A stretch of DNA of 64,000 nt from Candidatus Sericytochromatia bacterium (GCA_036676495.1 JAKFCT010000046.1:1-64000); one strand, 5' to 3'; positions 1 to 10,252 are shown, numbered from the stretch's first letter. Numbers and translations: made by a program. Notes: generated by a model from the letters alone, not told the origin.

Positions 1-200
1 TCGACATGGCCGTCGAGCACGGCATCGTCAACAAGTCCGGCTCCTGGTTCTCCTACGGCTCCGACAAGATCGGCCAGGGCCGCGAGGGAGCCAAGGAATA
101 CCTGCGCCAGAACCCCGAGCTCTTCGAGACCCTGGAAGCCGCCGTCCGCGGCAAGCTGCTCGCGGCCCCCGCCGCCGAAGCCGCTCCCGCGCTCACCTAA
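1..200 (+). CDS. recA: Recombinase A, C-terminal part (gene starts before the window)
   Basis: IVNKSGSWFSYGSDKIGQGREGAKEYL is the RecA C-terminal domain; recA-rny synteny. Confidence 0.95.
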   Translation, partial: DMAVEHGIVNKSGSWFSYGSDKIGQGREGAKEYLRQNPELFETLEAAVRGKLLAAPAAEAAPALT

Positions 201-419
201 GCGATAAACCGGCGTGTTCGGGCCCCTCCGCTTCGGCAGAGGGGCCCGCCGCCTTTTGGCGCCCCATAAGCCCGCCCGGGCCGGGGAATCTTTCCTTGAC
301 AGTGCTTCTCGAGGCTCTGTAGCATGGCAGAGGCGGGGTCTTGTCTTGATTTGCCTGCGTTCGGCAGGAATCGGTCGAACCCGTCCGGATTGCACCTCAA
401 CGTGAAAGTGATGGCGCGT

Positions 420-1970
420 ATGGATCTATGGCCGATCCTGGTAGGAATCGCTGCCGTCGCCGCGACCCTCGCGGCGGTATACCTCATCGTTCTCAACTAC
501 CGGCGCCAGGCCGTGGAGCAAACGCTCCAGGAGGCCCAGGGCAAGGCGCGCGACCTGGTCGCCAAGGCCGAAGCCGACGCCGATAACCGCAAGAAGGAAC
601 TCCTCCTCGAGGCCAAAGAGGCCTCTCATCAGCTCCGGCTCGAGGCCGAACGCGAGATCAAGGACCGTCAGGCCGAACTCGCCAAGCGCGAACGCCGCCT
701 GGAGCAAAAAGAAGAATCCCTCGACCAGAAGCTCGAGCTGCAATCCGCCAAGGAGCAACAACTGCTCCAGCAAGAACGCGAGCTCGACCAGCGCCACCGC
801 GAGGTCGAGACCCTCCACCACGCGCAAGCCAAGGAGCTGGAGCGCCTGAGCGGGCTTTCGGCCGACGAGGCCAAGAGCCTCATCCTCAAGCGGGTCGAGG
901 ACGAGATGCAGCTGGAGATCGCCAAGATCATCCGGCAGGCGGAGTCCGAAGCCCGCGAAACCGCCGAGAAGAAGGCCCGCGAGATCGTGACCACCGCGAT
1001 CCAGCGCTGTGCCGTCGACCACTGCGTCGAGAGCACCGTCTCGGTCGTGACCCTGCCCTCCGACGACATGAAGGGCCGGATCATCGGACGCGAAGGCCGC
1101 AACATCCGCGCCCTCGAACATGCCACGGGCATCGACCTCATCATCGACGACACGCCCGAGGCCGTGGTCCTCAGCTCCTTCGACCCCGTACGCCGCGAAG
1201 TCGCCCGCATCGCCCTCACCGCCCTGATCGCCGATGGCCGCATCACCCCGCAGCGCATCGAAGAGCAAGTGGAGAAGGCCCGCCGCGAAGTCGAGACCCG
1301 CATGAAGGAAGACGGCGAGGCCGCCATCCTCGAGCTGGGCATCCAAGGCGCCCATCCCGAGGTGATCCGCACCCTGGGACGCCTGCGCTACCGCACGTCC
1401 TACGGCCAGAACGTCCTGGCCCATTCCAAGGAAGTGGCCTTCATCGCCAGCATGATCGCCTCCGAGATCGGCGCCAACGTCGCCGTCGCCAAGCGCGCCG
1501 CCCTCTTCCACGACCTCGGCAAGGCCGTCTCCCACGAACAGGAAGGCTCGCACGCGGTGAACGGGGCGGAAATCGCCCGCAAGCACGGCGAGAACCCGGC
1601 CGTGGTCCACGCCATCGCCGCCCACCACAACGACGAGGAGCCCTCGACCGTCGAAGCGGTCATCGTGCTCCTGGCCGACGCCATCTCGGCCGCGCGCCCC
1701 GGCGCCCGCCGCGACAACCTCGACATCTACATCAAACGCCTCGAGAAGCTCGAGGAAATCGCCACCTCGTACCCCGGCATCGAGAAGAGCTTCGCCATCC
1801 AGGCGGGCCGCGAGATCCGGGTCATGGTCCAACCCGAGGTGGTGGACGACGCCATGTCCGCCATGATCGCCCGCGACATCGCCAAGCGCATCGAGACGGA
1901 AATGGAGTACCCGGGTATGATCAAGGTGACGGTGATCCGCGAGACCCGTTCCACCGAATTCGCCAAATAG
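420..1970 (+). CDS. rny: Ribonuclease Y
   Basis: N-terminal TM helix, coiled coil, KH motif ([14 protein letters not shown]), HD domain (HDLGK). Start probably ATG 411 or 420 rather than 324. Confidence 0.97.
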   Translation: MDLWPILVGIAAVAATLAAVYLIVLNYRRQAVEQTLQEAQGKARDLVAKAEADADNRKKELLLEAKEASHQLRLEAEREIKDRQAELAKRERRLEQKEESLDQKLELQSAKEQQLLQQERELDQRHREVETLHHAQAKELERLSGLSADEAKSLILKRVEDEMQLEIAKIIRQAESEARETAEKKAREIVTTAIQRCAVDHCVESTVSVVTLPSDDMKGRIIGREGRNIRALEHATGIDLIIDDTPEAVVLSSFDPVRREVARIALTALIADGRITPQRIEEQVEKARREVETRMKEDGEAAILELGIQGAHPEVIRTLGRLRYRTSYGQNVLAHSKEVAFIASMIASEIGANVAVAKRAALFHDLGKAVSHEQEGSHAVNGAEIARKHGENPAVVHAIAAHHNDEEPSTVEAVIVLLADAISAARPGARRDNLDIYIKRLEKLEEIATSYPGIEKSFAIQAGREIRVMVQPEVVDDAMSAMIARDIAKRIETEMEYPGMIKVTVIRETRSTEFAK

Positions 1971-1991
1971 GCCTAGAAATGACCGTGCGCT

Positions 1992-2786
1992 TTGTCCAAA
2001 GACCCTAACACGGTCCACCTCCTGATGATCGGGGATGTCATGGGACACCCCGGTCTCCAGGCCGTCCGCGAGGGAGTCCCCCGCGTCCGCAAGTCCCTCC
2101 CGGTCGATCTCGTGATCGCCAACGGAGAGAACTCGGCCGGGGGCTTCGGCTTGTCCGAGCGCTGCTATCACGACCTCCGAGACTCCGGAGTCGACGTGAT
2201 CACCCTGGGCAACCACGCCTGGGACAAGAAGGAGATCTTCAACTTCATCGACGACGCCGATCGCGTCGTCCGCCCCGCCAACTACCCGCCGGGCACCCCG
2301 GGCCGCGGCACGACGATCGTCAAGGTCGCCGGCGTCTCCGTCGCCGTCATGCAGCTGATGGGACGGGCCTTCATGAACGCCCTCGACTGCCCCTTCCAGG
2401 CCGCCGATCGCGAGTTGAAGTCCCTGAAGAAGCAAACCCCCATCGTGATCGTGGACATGCACGCCGAGGCCACCTCGGAGAAGATGGGCATGGCGCACTA
2501 CTTGGACGGCCAGGTCAGCGCCATCCTCGGCACTCACACGCACGTTCAGACCGCCGACGAGCAGATCTTTCCGCGCGGAACGGGGTATATAACCGATGTA
2601 GGGATGTCCGGCCCCCGCCACTCCGTGGTCGGGATCAAACCCGAACTCGCCCTGCGCCGCATCCGTGAGCAGCTCCCGGTGCGCTTCGAGGTCGCCGACG
2701 GCCCCGCCATCTTCTGTGCGGTCTGGCTCGCGATCGACAAGACCACCGGGCGCACGACGCAGATTCAACGCATCCAATACAAGTAG
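1992..2786 (+). CDS. ymdB: YmdB-family metallophosphoesterase
   Basis: GDVMG, NGEN, TLGNH, DMHAEATSEK, GTHTHV motifs; lies downstream of rny. Confidence 0.95.
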   Translation: MSKDPNTVHLLMIGDVMGHPGLQAVREGVPRVRKSLPVDLVIANGENSAGGFGLSERCYHDLRDSGVDVITLGNHAWDKKEIFNFIDDADRVVRPANYPPGTPGRGTTIVKVAGVSVAVMQLMGRAFMNALDCPFQAADRELKSLKKQTPIVIVDMHAEATSEKMGMAHYLDGQVSAILGTHTHVQTADEQIFPRGTGYITDVGMSGPRHSVVGIKPELALRRIREQLPVRFEVADGPAIFCAVWLAIDKTTGRTTQIQRIQYK

Positions 2787-2803
2787 CTCGCAGGAGGTAC
2801 CCC

Positions 2804-3064
2804 GTGGACGTGTTCAAGGTCTCGGCCAAGTCGAACCCCAGCTCAGTCGCAGGCGCCCTGGCGGGCGTGCTCCGCGAACACGGGCGCGCCGAACTGCAGG
2901 CCATCGGCGCCGGAGCGATCAACCAGGCCGTCAAGGCGGTCGCCATCGCCCGCGGCTACGTCGCTCCCGGCGGCATGGACCTCATCTGCATCCCCGCCTT
3001 CATCGACATCACCATCGATGGCGAGGAACGGACGGCCATCAAGCTGATCATCGAACCGAGATAG
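2804..3064 (+). CDS. spoVS: SpoVS-family protein
   Basis: KVSAKSNPSSVAGALA...AIGAGAINQAVKAVAIARG is the SpoVS consensus; GGAGG RBS. Confidence 0.95.
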   Translation: MDVFKVSAKSNPSSVAGALAGVLREHGRAELQAIGAGAINQAVKAVAIARGYVAPGGMDLICIPAFIDITIDGEERTAIKLIIEPR

Positions 3065-3077
3065 GACAGGCTTCCCC

Positions 3078-3152
3078 CCGCCATTCCCACGGAAGCGGGA
3101 ACCGGTGGGTCCCCGTTTTCACGGGGATGACGGGGAGCGCACGGGAGTGACG
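3078..3152. repeat. REP/RPE-like palindromic element, copy 1
   Basis: CCATTCCCACGGAAGCGGGAA...TCCCCGTTTTCACGGGGATGACG; related copies at ~23963 and ~59345. Confidence 0.75.
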
Positions 3153-3223
3153 TTCGAGGGAAAGGCCCGCGCTACCCCAGGCCGGGCCTTTGGCCCCAGC
3201 GGGTTTCGTCGTAAGATGGCGGC

Positions 3224-4048
3224 ATGGCAACAGCAGACTTACACTTACACACCACGTTCTCCGATGGCCGCTTCACTCCGAGCGAGCTGGTGGATGCGGC
3301 TGCCCTCGCGGGACTCAGGGCGATCGCCGTCACCGACCATGACCACACCGGTGGCCTCCCCGAGGCGCGCCTCCGCGCCGAACGCTACCGCATGGAGATC
3401 CTCACCGGCGTCGAAATCAACACCATCTGGCAGGACCGCGAGCTGCACGTGCTCGGCTACTGCTTCGACGAGACGCTCGACTGGTGGAACGCCCTCATGA
3501 ACGAGCAGCGCGCCGCCCGCGAGCGCCGCATGGAACGCTTCGTCACCCGGCTTCAGGAACTCGGCCTCCCCGTCGCCATGGACGACGTGAGGCACTTCGC
3601 CGGCTCCGGAGCCCTGGGACGCCCGCATCTGGCCCAGGCCCTGGTCGCCAAGGGACTGGTCTCCAGCGAGCAGCAGGCCTTCGACCAGTGGCTCTCCTCG
3701 GGAACCGCCGGCTACGTGCCACGCGAAGGCATCTCCCCCGTCGCGGCCATCCATGCCATTCGCAAGGCCGGGGGAGTGGCCAGCATCGCCCACCCCCGGA
3801 GCGCCGGACTGGAGAGCGGAGATCTGCTCGGTGAGCTGGTTTCGGAGGGCCTGGGAGCCTTGGAGGTCGTCCATCCCTCGCACCCGCCCATGCTGAGGGA
3901 TTACTACCGATCCATGGCCGAGTACTACGGGTTACTCTGGACGGGAGGCACGGACGATCATGGGCCTAAGGGGGGACGCCCCGCCCGGATCGGCTCCGAC
4001 AGCGTCCCGTACTCCGTCGTCGAAGCACTCAAGGCCAGAGCCGGGTGA
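3224..4048 (+). CDS. PHP-domain phosphoesterase (TrpH/YciV-like)
   Basis: DLHLHTTFSDG, TDHD, GVEI, AHP, GGTDDHG motifs. Confidence 0.92.
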   Translation: MATADLHLHTTFSDGRFTPSELVDAAALAGLRAIAVTDHDHTGGLPEARLRAERYRMEILTGVEINTIWQDRELHVLGYCFDETLDWWNALMNEQRAARERRMERFVTRLQELGLPVAMDDVRHFAGSGALGRPHLAQALVAKGLVSSEQQAFDQWLSSGTAGYVPREGISPVAAIHAIRKAGGVASIAHPRSAGLESGDLLGELVSEGLGALEVVHPSHPPMLRDYYRSMAEYYGLLWTGGTDDHGPKGGRPARIGSDSVPYSVVEALKARAG

Positions 4049-4111
4049 AAAAGGGGGGCAGACGAGGGAATCCCGGGTCACGACTCGCTTTCATCTTACG
4101 GAAGGAAGGCC

Positions 4112-4117
4112 TATAAT
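4112..4117 (+). promoter_or_regulatory. Probable sigma70 -10 element of hpf
   Basis: Perfect TATAAT about 70 nt upstream of the hpf start in a GC-rich background. Confidence 0.55.
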
Positions 4118-4187
4118 GGGACCAACCGACCGTTCCGCCGAGCCCAAACGGGGCCGGCACGCTCAACATAGATAGGGGGATAGGCGT

Positions 4188-4751
4188 ATGGAACTCGTTA
4201 TCAAGGGCAAGAACCTCGACGTCACCGAATCGCTGCGTGACTATGCCCAGAAGAAGCTCAGCCGCGTCTTCAAGAACGTCGATGGAGTGATCAACACCGA
4301 ACTCGAGCTCTCCGTCATCAAGAACCCTAGCGTCCAGGCCAACCAGATCGCCGAAGTGACGCTGTTCGCCAGCGGCACGGTCATCCGCGGCGAAGAGTCC
4401 TCGGACAACATGTACGCGTCGATCGACCTCGTCGCCGACAAGATCGAACGCCAGATCCGCCGCTACAAGGCCAAGCTGCGCCACCGCGGCCACAGCCCCC
4501 TCAAGACCTCGCAGGTCGTCGCCACCGAGCTGGCCCCCCTCGAGGAGCTCGAAGAGGCGCCCAGCGCCGAGAAGGAGATCGTCCGCTCCAAGTCCTTCGC
4601 CATCAAGCCTCTCTCCCCGGAGGACGCCGCCCTGCAGATGGAGCTGCTCGGCCACGACTTCTTCGTCTTCCTCAACCAGCAAACCGAACAGGTCAACGTC
4701 ATCTACCACCGCAAGGATGGTAACTACGGCCTGATCGAGCCCACCGTCTAG
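4188..4751 (+). CDS. hpf: Ribosome hibernation promoting factor, long HPF/LrtA type
   Basis: IKGKNLDVTESLRDY, MYASIDLVADKIERQIRRYK, and C-terminal domain EDAALQMELLGHDFFVF...YHRKDGNYGLIEP. Confidence 0.95.
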   Translation: MELVIKGKNLDVTESLRDYAQKKLSRVFKNVDGVINTELELSVIKNPSVQANQIAEVTLFASGTVIRGEESSDNMYASIDLVADKIERQIRRYKAKLRHRGHSPLKTSQVVATELAPLEELEEAPSAEKEIVRSKSFAIKPLSPEDAALQMELLGHDFFVFLNQQTEQVNVIYHRKDGNYGLIEPTV

Positions 4752-4764
4752 CTAGGGAATCAAG

Positions 4765-5430
4765 GTGCTCGGATACGAGGTCGGCCAAGACGTCACCATC
4801 CAACTGGGTTCGTCGATGTACTGGGGGCGGATCACCGCCCTCAGTGCCAACTCGGCCGAGGTCACCTTCCCCGTGCAACTGGACCTCGGTGAATCCGAAG
4901 GCCTCCTGACCTGGCCCGACGGGCTGGGTCAGGAGGTCTCCCTTCCTGACCTCAACCACCACACCAACCTGGTCGTCCGGATCCCGCTCGCGCTGATCCC
5001 CCGCCCCAAGCCGGAAGAACCGGCCCCCCCGGCGGTGATCGCCCCCGAAGGGGTCGTCCTGCCCCAGATCCAGGCGGAAATGCGCCGCTCGGTCCGCGTC
5101 CCCCTCGAACTCGACGTCACCCTCACCGACCCCGCGTCGATGATCCAGGTGACCGGCCGCACCTTCGACCTCTCTGGAGGCGGAGCCAAGCTCTCCTCCC
5201 AGAGCATCCTCATGGTCGGCCGCGAGTACCTCGTCGGCCTCCCCCTCGAAGATCCCCCGATCGAGGTCCGCGCCCGCGTCCTCAGACGCCTCGGACACCA
5301 GATCTACGCCCTGAAGTTCCTCACCGGCCGTGAAACCGGACACCAGATCATGCGGGCCCTCTTCTCCCGGATCCGCGGCGACCAGCCCGCTTCGCGCCCC
5401 CGATCCATGAACTTCCGCAAGAACCCGTGA
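4765..5430 (+). CDS. PilZ-domain protein
   Basis: RRSVR and DLSGGG c-di-GMP-binding motifs. Confidence 0.8.
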   Translation: MLGYEVGQDVTIQLGSSMYWGRITALSANSAEVTFPVQLDLGESEGLLTWPDGLGQEVSLPDLNHHTNLVVRIPLALIPRPKPEEPAPPAVIAPEGVVLPQIQAEMRRSVRVPLELDVTLTDPASMIQVTGRTFDLSGGGAKLSSQSILMVGREYLVGLPLEDPPIEVRARVLRRLGHQIYALKFLTGRETGHQIMRALFSRIRGDQPASRPRSMNFRKNP

Positions 5431-6143
5431 GCGTCTCCCGGCACGACCCCAACCAAATGACCTTCCTCGAGCACCTCGAGGAGCTTCGCTGGCGCCTGCT
5501 CAAGACCGTCTCGGCGATCGCCGTCGGCACCCTCCTCGCCTTCGTCTTCCATCAGCACCTCGTCACGTGGCTGCTCAAGCCCGCCGAAGGCATCGAGCTC
5601 ATCTTCACCGCCCCCGCCGAGTACTTCATGGTCACCCTCCGGGTCGCCTTCTTCGCCGGCCTCTACCTCTCCCTGCCCGTCCTGCTCTACCAGGTCATCG
5701 CCTTCGTCGCCCCCGGCCTCACCCCCGGCGAGCGCCGCTGGACCCTCCCCATGCTCGTCGCGGCCTTCCTGCTCTTCACCACGGGCGCCCTCTTCAGCTA
5801 CTTCTTCCTGCTGCCGGTCGGACTCAAGTTCCTCGTCGGCTTCGCCCCCGAAGGCATCGACCCCCTGCTCTCCATCGGCAGCTACCTCAGCTTCGCCGCA
5901 AGCCTGGTCTTCGCCTCGGGCCTCTCCTTCGAGCTTCCCCTGGTCCTCTTCTTCCTCAGCCTCATGGGCCTGGTCACCTCCACCAAACTCAAGGAGTTCC
6001 GCCGCTACTTCCTGATCGTGGCCCTGGTCGTGGCCGCCGTCGTCACCCCCTCCCCCGACATCTTCACCCAGGGCATCCTGGCCGTGGCGCTCATGGGCCT
6101 CTACGAGCTGAGCATCCTCCTGGTCAAGGGAATCAAACGGTAA
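5427..6143 (+). CDS. tatC: Twin-arginine translocase subunit TatC
   Basis: MTFLEHLEELRWRL, FVAPGLTPGERR, FELP, VTPSPD; six TM helices. Confidence 0.96.
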   Translation: MSVSRHDPNQMTFLEHLEELRWRLLKTVSAIAVGTLLAFVFHQHLVTWLLKPAEGIELIFTAPAEYFMVTLRVAFFAGLYLSLPVLLYQVIAFVAPGLTPGERRWTLPMLVAAFLLFTTGALFSYFFLLPVGLKFLVGFAPEGIDPLLSIGSYLSFAASLVFASGLSFELPLVLFFLSLMGLVTSTKLKEFRRYFLIVALVVAAVVTPSPDIFTQGILAVALMGLYELSILLVKGIKR

Positions 6144-6905
6144 ATGACGACCGCCCTCCCGATCGCGGTCCTCACGGCGGGAGCCGGGCTCGCCCTCTGG
6201 AGCGGCTGGCGCTGCCACCAACCCCCACCTCATGACGCGCCCGGAAAGCTCCCCCTGCTCGCAGGATGGGCGCTCGGATTCTCCGTCATGCTCGCCGGCA
6301 TCGGCATGGAATTCCACCTCCAGGCCCTGCCGGATCACGCCGCCACCGCCTACGCCGCCGCGCTCTCCCTCGCTCTTGGCCATGCCGCCGGCCTCCTGCT
6401 GCTCTGGCTCTCGCCGGGACGCCCCGTGGCCTCCGCCGTCGGGCTCGCCATGGCGCTCGGCCTTCCCCCCTTCGGAGCCTTTGCCGGACTCTGGTTCGGC
6501 CTCCAGTCCATCCAGGCCGCCCTGCTCCTCTTGCCGGCCTGGCCTGCCCTCGCGCTCGCGGCCGGAGGACTCGCCGGACTCGCCGGCTGGACCTGGGCCT
6601 GGCAAGGTGGCCTGAGGGAACTGCGAAAGGCAAGCCCCTCTCGCCGCTTTGGTTGGCTCAGCGGCCTGCTCGTGGCCCTCGGCTTCCTCGCGGCCTTCCT
6701 GCCGTGGCTCTGGGTGCTTCCCGCTCAGGTGGCAGCCGCTGAGCTGACCGGAGAGCTCCCCATCCTGCTGGTGGCCCTCGGGATGATGCTGACCCCCGTG
6801 ATCCCCGGCCAAGCCAGCGTCATCCCCTTCGGCCTCCTCGCGATCGCCATGGCCCTCACCTCCGTGCTGCTGCTCGTCCTCCGCCTCACCCGGAGAACCC
6901 GATGA
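6144..6905 (+). CDS. Membrane protein resembling a truncated HyfB/antiporter-like subunit
   Basis: Multi-TM protein; GLPPFGAFAGLWFGLQS resembles the GLPPxxGFxSEW..QS motif of HyfB/NuoL-M-N family subunits. Confidence 0.45.
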   Translation: MTTALPIAVLTAGAGLALWSGWRCHQPPPHDAPGKLPLLAGWALGFSVMLAGIGMEFHLQALPDHAATAYAAALSLALGHAAGLLLLWLSPGRPVASAVGLAMALGLPPFGAFAGLWFGLQSIQAALLLLPAWPALALAAGGLAGLAGWTWAWQGGLRELRKASPSRRFGWLSGLLVALGFLAAFLPWLWVLPAQVAAAELTGELPILLVALGMMLTPVIPGQASVIPFGLLAIAMALTSVLLLVLRLTRRTR

Positions 6906-7705
6906 CCGCCCTCGCCGTCTTCCTTCATACCGCCATGATCGTCTCGCTGGGCCCTGTCCTGGCGGGCCTGATCCGTATGACGACCCAGGGAGGCGGGCTG
7001 AGGGCGTTGATGGAACCGGCGCGCACCATCAGCGCCGGACTGCGCGCTCCAGGTCAACCGAACGTCGGACAGCTGGCCATGCTAGCCCTCGCCGTCGTTG
7101 CGGGCCTCCTGATCCCCTTGTTCTCGAGTGATGCGGTGCTCGGCTTCCTCGGGGACGGCTTCACCGCGCTCTTGCTGCTTACCGCGCTGTCGATCCGCCT
7201 GCTGCCCGTACGTGCGAGCACCGTGCTCGCCGCCTCCTCCGCCCTCTGGGCCCTGGGCACGCTCTCCGGCACCACGGACCTGGCGCAGGCCTTTGCAAGC
7301 TGGCAGGCGAGCCTCTCGACCTTGCTGCTCTACCTGGGTCTCACCCTGGCGGTGGCGCCCCTCCTCACCGACACCCCCCGTGCGGAGGCCGATGGAGAGG
7401 CTGGCCCTCAACACCCAGGCGATACTCGGATTCACGAGGCAGGGCTTTCGACGGCCCTGACCGACTGGACCCGCAGCACCCTTCAACTCGGCTGGCTGGC
7501 GCTCGCCATGATGACCTACCCCATGACGGTTCCGCTCACCGGATGGGCCGGTTTCGCGGCAACCCTGGCCCTGTTCCTCCTCAAATTCAGTGTCTTTGGA
7601 AGCCTCCTGGCCGCCATCACCTCACGGTGGCCGAAATTGCCGCTCGCCCAATGGGGATTCGCCTTCTCGTTGCTGGGCCTGGGGCTCATGAAGCTTGGGA
7701 TTTAA
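6902..7705 (+). CDS. Membrane protein resembling degenerate HyfC/HycD (NuoH family)
   Basis: N-terminal LGPVLAGLIR and C-terminal FLLK...LAAI..RW...FAFSLL patterns; translationally coupled to the upstream gene. Confidence 0.45.
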   Translation: MTALAVFLHTAMIVSLGPVLAGLIRMTTQGGGLRALMEPARTISAGLRAPGQPNVGQLAMLALAVVAGLLIPLFSSDAVLGFLGDGFTALLLLTALSIRLLPVRASTVLAASSALWALGTLSGTTDLAQAFASWQASLSTLLLYLGLTLAVAPLLTDTPRAEADGEAGPQHPGDTRIHEAGLSTALTDWTRSTLQLGWLALAMMTYPMTVPLTGWAGFAATLALFLLKFSVFGSLLAAITSRWPKLPLAQWGFAFSLLGLGLMKLGI

Positions 7706-7732
7706 CCGCATCACCGCGGGTATACAGGGGAA

Positions 7733-9025
7733 ATGATGAACCAGAATCAACCTATCGGCGTCGGTTTGCTCGGGTGCGGCGTGGTCGGCGGCGGTGTCGC
7801 CGAACTCCTGCTGAAGAACCAGGACGCTTACGCCCACCGCGTGGGCAAGCCCCTCGCCCTCAAGGCCATCGCCGTCCGAAATCCCGCCCTCGACCGCGGC
7901 CTCCCCGCCCATCTCTTCGTCTCCGACCCCATGGCGGTCATTGATAACCCCGAAATCCAGCTCATCGTCGAGGTCATGGGAGGCGTGACCCCCGCCAAAG
8001 ACCTGATCCTCAGTGCCCTCGCCCATGGCAAGTCCGTGGTCACCGCCAACAAGGAAGTCCTGGCCAAGCACGGCCGGGAGATCTTCGATGCCGCCCAGAA
8101 GAACGGAGTGGCGGTTTACTTCGAGGGCGCCGTTGCAGGGGGAATCCCGCTCATCATGCCCTTGCAACGAGGCCTGGCGGCGAATTCCCTCTCGTCCGTC
8201 CAAGGAATCATCAACGGAACCACCAACTACATCCTGACGCGCATGGCCAAGGAAGGCAGCACCTTCGAAGCGGCCCTCGCCGACGCCCAGAAACTGGGCT
8301 ACGCCGAAGCGGACCCCACCTCGGACGTCGAAGGCCATGATGCCGCGTACAAGCTCTCCCTGCTGGCGAGCCTGCTCTTCGGAGAGCATGTCGAGACCGA
8401 GGACGTCCCGCGCGAAGGCATCTCCGGCGTCACCCCCCAGGATCTCACGTACGCCCATGAGCTGGGCTACGTCGTGAAGCTGCTGGGGATCGCCAAGCGC
8501 GAGGGCGATCGCCTCGAGGCCCGCGTGCATCCCACCATGATTCCCCAGAACCATCCGCTCGCCCGGATCGATGGCGTCACCAACGCCGTGACCGTCCGGG
8601 GAGACGCCGTCGGAGAAGTGACCTTCTCGGGCCCCGGGGCAGGCCGCGGGCCGACCGCCAGCGCCGTCGTCGGCGACCTCCTCAACGTCGCGAGCCTGCT
8701 CGATGCTCCCGACCGCATGATGGCGTGCCTCCAGACCCGCAGCGTCAGCCCCGTGCCGCTCGACGAGGTGGATTCGGCCTTCTTCCTCAGGCTTCAGGCC
8801 GAGGACGTCCCGGGAGTCCTGGGAGCGGTCGGCTCGTGCTTCGGCAAGCACCAGGTCTCGGTTCGCTCGTTCGTTCAACATGCCGCCGAAGGCGGCAATG
8901 CCGAGCTGGTGATCGTCACCCACCGGGTGCGCGAGGCGAGCTTCCGGGCCGCCGTCCGCGAGATCGCCGCCATGCCTGCCATCCGCGCGATTGCCAACGT
9001 CATCCACGTCGAGGAGGAAGCATGA
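7733..9025 (+). CDS. hom: Homoserine dehydrogenase with ACT domain
   Basis: GCGVVG, VVTANK, EGAVAGGIP, GIINGTTNYIL, GYAEADPTSD, GPGAG. Confidence 0.97.
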   Translation: MMNQNQPIGVGLLGCGVVGGGVAELLLKNQDAYAHRVGKPLALKAIAVRNPALDRGLPAHLFVSDPMAVIDNPEIQLIVEVMGGVTPAKDLILSALAHGKSVVTANKEVLAKHGREIFDAAQKNGVAVYFEGAVAGGIPLIMPLQRGLAANSLSSVQGIINGTTNYILTRMAKEGSTFEAALADAQKLGYAEADPTSDVEGHDAAYKLSLLASLLFGEHVETEDVPREGISGVTPQDLTYAHELGYVVKLLGIAKREGDRLEARVHPTMIPQNHPLARIDGVTNAVTVRGDAVGEVTFSGPGAGRGPTASAVVGDLLNVASLLDAPDRMMACLQTRSVSPVPLDEVDSAFFLRLQAEDVPGVLGAVGSCFGKHQVSVRSFVQHAAEGGNAELVIVTHRVREASFRAAVREIAAMPAIRAIANVIHVEEEA

Positions 9026-10101
9026 TCACCGCTGCTGCCCGCCGCTGGCGCGGGCTCATCCCCGAATACGCCCGTTTCCTTCCCGTCACCGACGCCACGC
9101 CCGTCGTGACCCTGGGAGAAGGCGGGACGCCCCTCGTCCGCCTGGAGCGCATCCCCGCCGCCCTCGGCCTGCCCGAGCTGGAGCTTCACGTCAAGCTGGA
9201 GGGCGCCAACCCCACCGGCTCCTTCAAGGACCGCGGCATGACCATGGCGGTCTCCAAGGCCAAGGAAGCGGGCTCCGAGGCGCTGATCTGCGCGTCGACC
9301 GGGAACACCTCGGCGGCGATGGCGGCCTATGCGGCCCGAGCCGGCATGCGCTCGTTCATGCTGGTGCCCGACGGCTACGTCGCGCTCGGCAAGCTCGCCC
9401 AGGGGATTCATTACGGGGCGAAGGTCATCCCCGTGCGAGGGAACTTCGATGCGGCCCTGAGCCTCGTGCGGGCGATCGCCGAGCGCTATCCCGTGACCCT
9501 GGTCAACTCGGTCAACCCCTTCCGGATCGACGGCCAGCAGACGGCGGCCTTCGAGGTCTGCGACCAGCTGGGCGGCGCCCCCGACGTGCTCGCCATCCCG
9601 GTGGGCAACGCCGGCAACATCACCGCCTACTGGAAGGGCTTCAACGCCTACCGGACGCATGGCGCCATCGACGCGCTTCCCCGGATGTTCGGATTTCAGG
9701 CGGCCGGCGCTGCCCCCATCGTCAACGGCAGTCCCGTGGCCAAGCCCGAGACCGTCGCCACCGCCATCCGGATCGGCAACCCCGCGAGCTGGCAGGGCGC
9801 TCTCGGAGCCATCCAGGACTCGCAAGGCCTGATCGAGGCCGTCACCGACGCCGAGATCCTCGAAGCCTACCGCATGCTGGGGCGCCTGGAAGGCATCTTC
9901 TGCGAGCCCGCCTCGGCGGCCTCCGTGGCGGGCATCGTCAAGCTCGCCCGTGCCGGCAAGCTCCAGAGCCGCGAGCGGATCGTCTGCGTGCTCACGGGCA
10001 ACGGCCTCAAGGATCCCGATACCGCCATGTCCGGCATCGACCAGGCTCCCGAGGTGGTGGACGCCGAGGAAGCCGACGTCCTGCGGGCCATGGGCTTTTA
10101 A
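9022..10101 (+). CDS. thrC: Threonine synthase
   Basis: NPTGSFKDRG (PLP lysine), ASTGNTS, PVGNAGN, EPASA, TGNGLKDP; ATG at 9022 overlaps the hom stop. Confidence 0.96.
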   Translation: MITAAARRWRGLIPEYARFLPVTDATPVVTLGEGGTPLVRLERIPAALGLPELELHVKLEGANPTGSFKDRGMTMAVSKAKEAGSEALICASTGNTSAAMAAYAARAGMRSFMLVPDGYVALGKLAQGIHYGAKVIPVRGNFDAALSLVRAIAERYPVTLVNSVNPFRIDGQQTAAFEVCDQLGGAPDVLAIPVGNAGNITAYWKGFNAYRTHGAIDALPRMFGFQAAGAAPIVNGSPVAKPETVATAIRIGNPASWQGALGAIQDSQGLIEAVTDAEILEAYRMLGRLEGIFCEPASAASVAGIVKLARAGKLQSRERIVCVLTGNGLKDPDTAMSGIDQAPEVVDAEEADVLRAMGF

Positions 10102-10114
10102 TCTTCCGAATATT

Positions 10115-10250
10115 GTCCCCCCTCGACGGGGGGACGGTCGGCGTAGCCGGCAGGGGGGTGTTTGCCGGCGCAGCCATGGCGTTCCTTCTAAGGAACCTGG
10201 GAGCAGTAACACCCCCCTGGCTTCGCCAGTCCCCCCGTCAAGGGGGGGCT
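10115..10250. repeat. Composite inverted palindromic element (BIME-like) between convergent genes
   Basis: 10115-10162 is an approximate reverse complement of 10208-10250; each half contains its own hairpin. Confidence 0.7.
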
Positions 10251-10252
10251 AT

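Noticed and set aside
426-2777. 783-aa minus-strand ORF, and similar long antisense ORFs such as 11327-13387 and 48055-50193
   Set aside because: Each mirrors a well-supported gene on the opposite strand.
4049-4187. raiA-motif RNA upstream of hpf
   Set aside because: The leader is only ~65 nt after the TATAAT, too short for that RNA.
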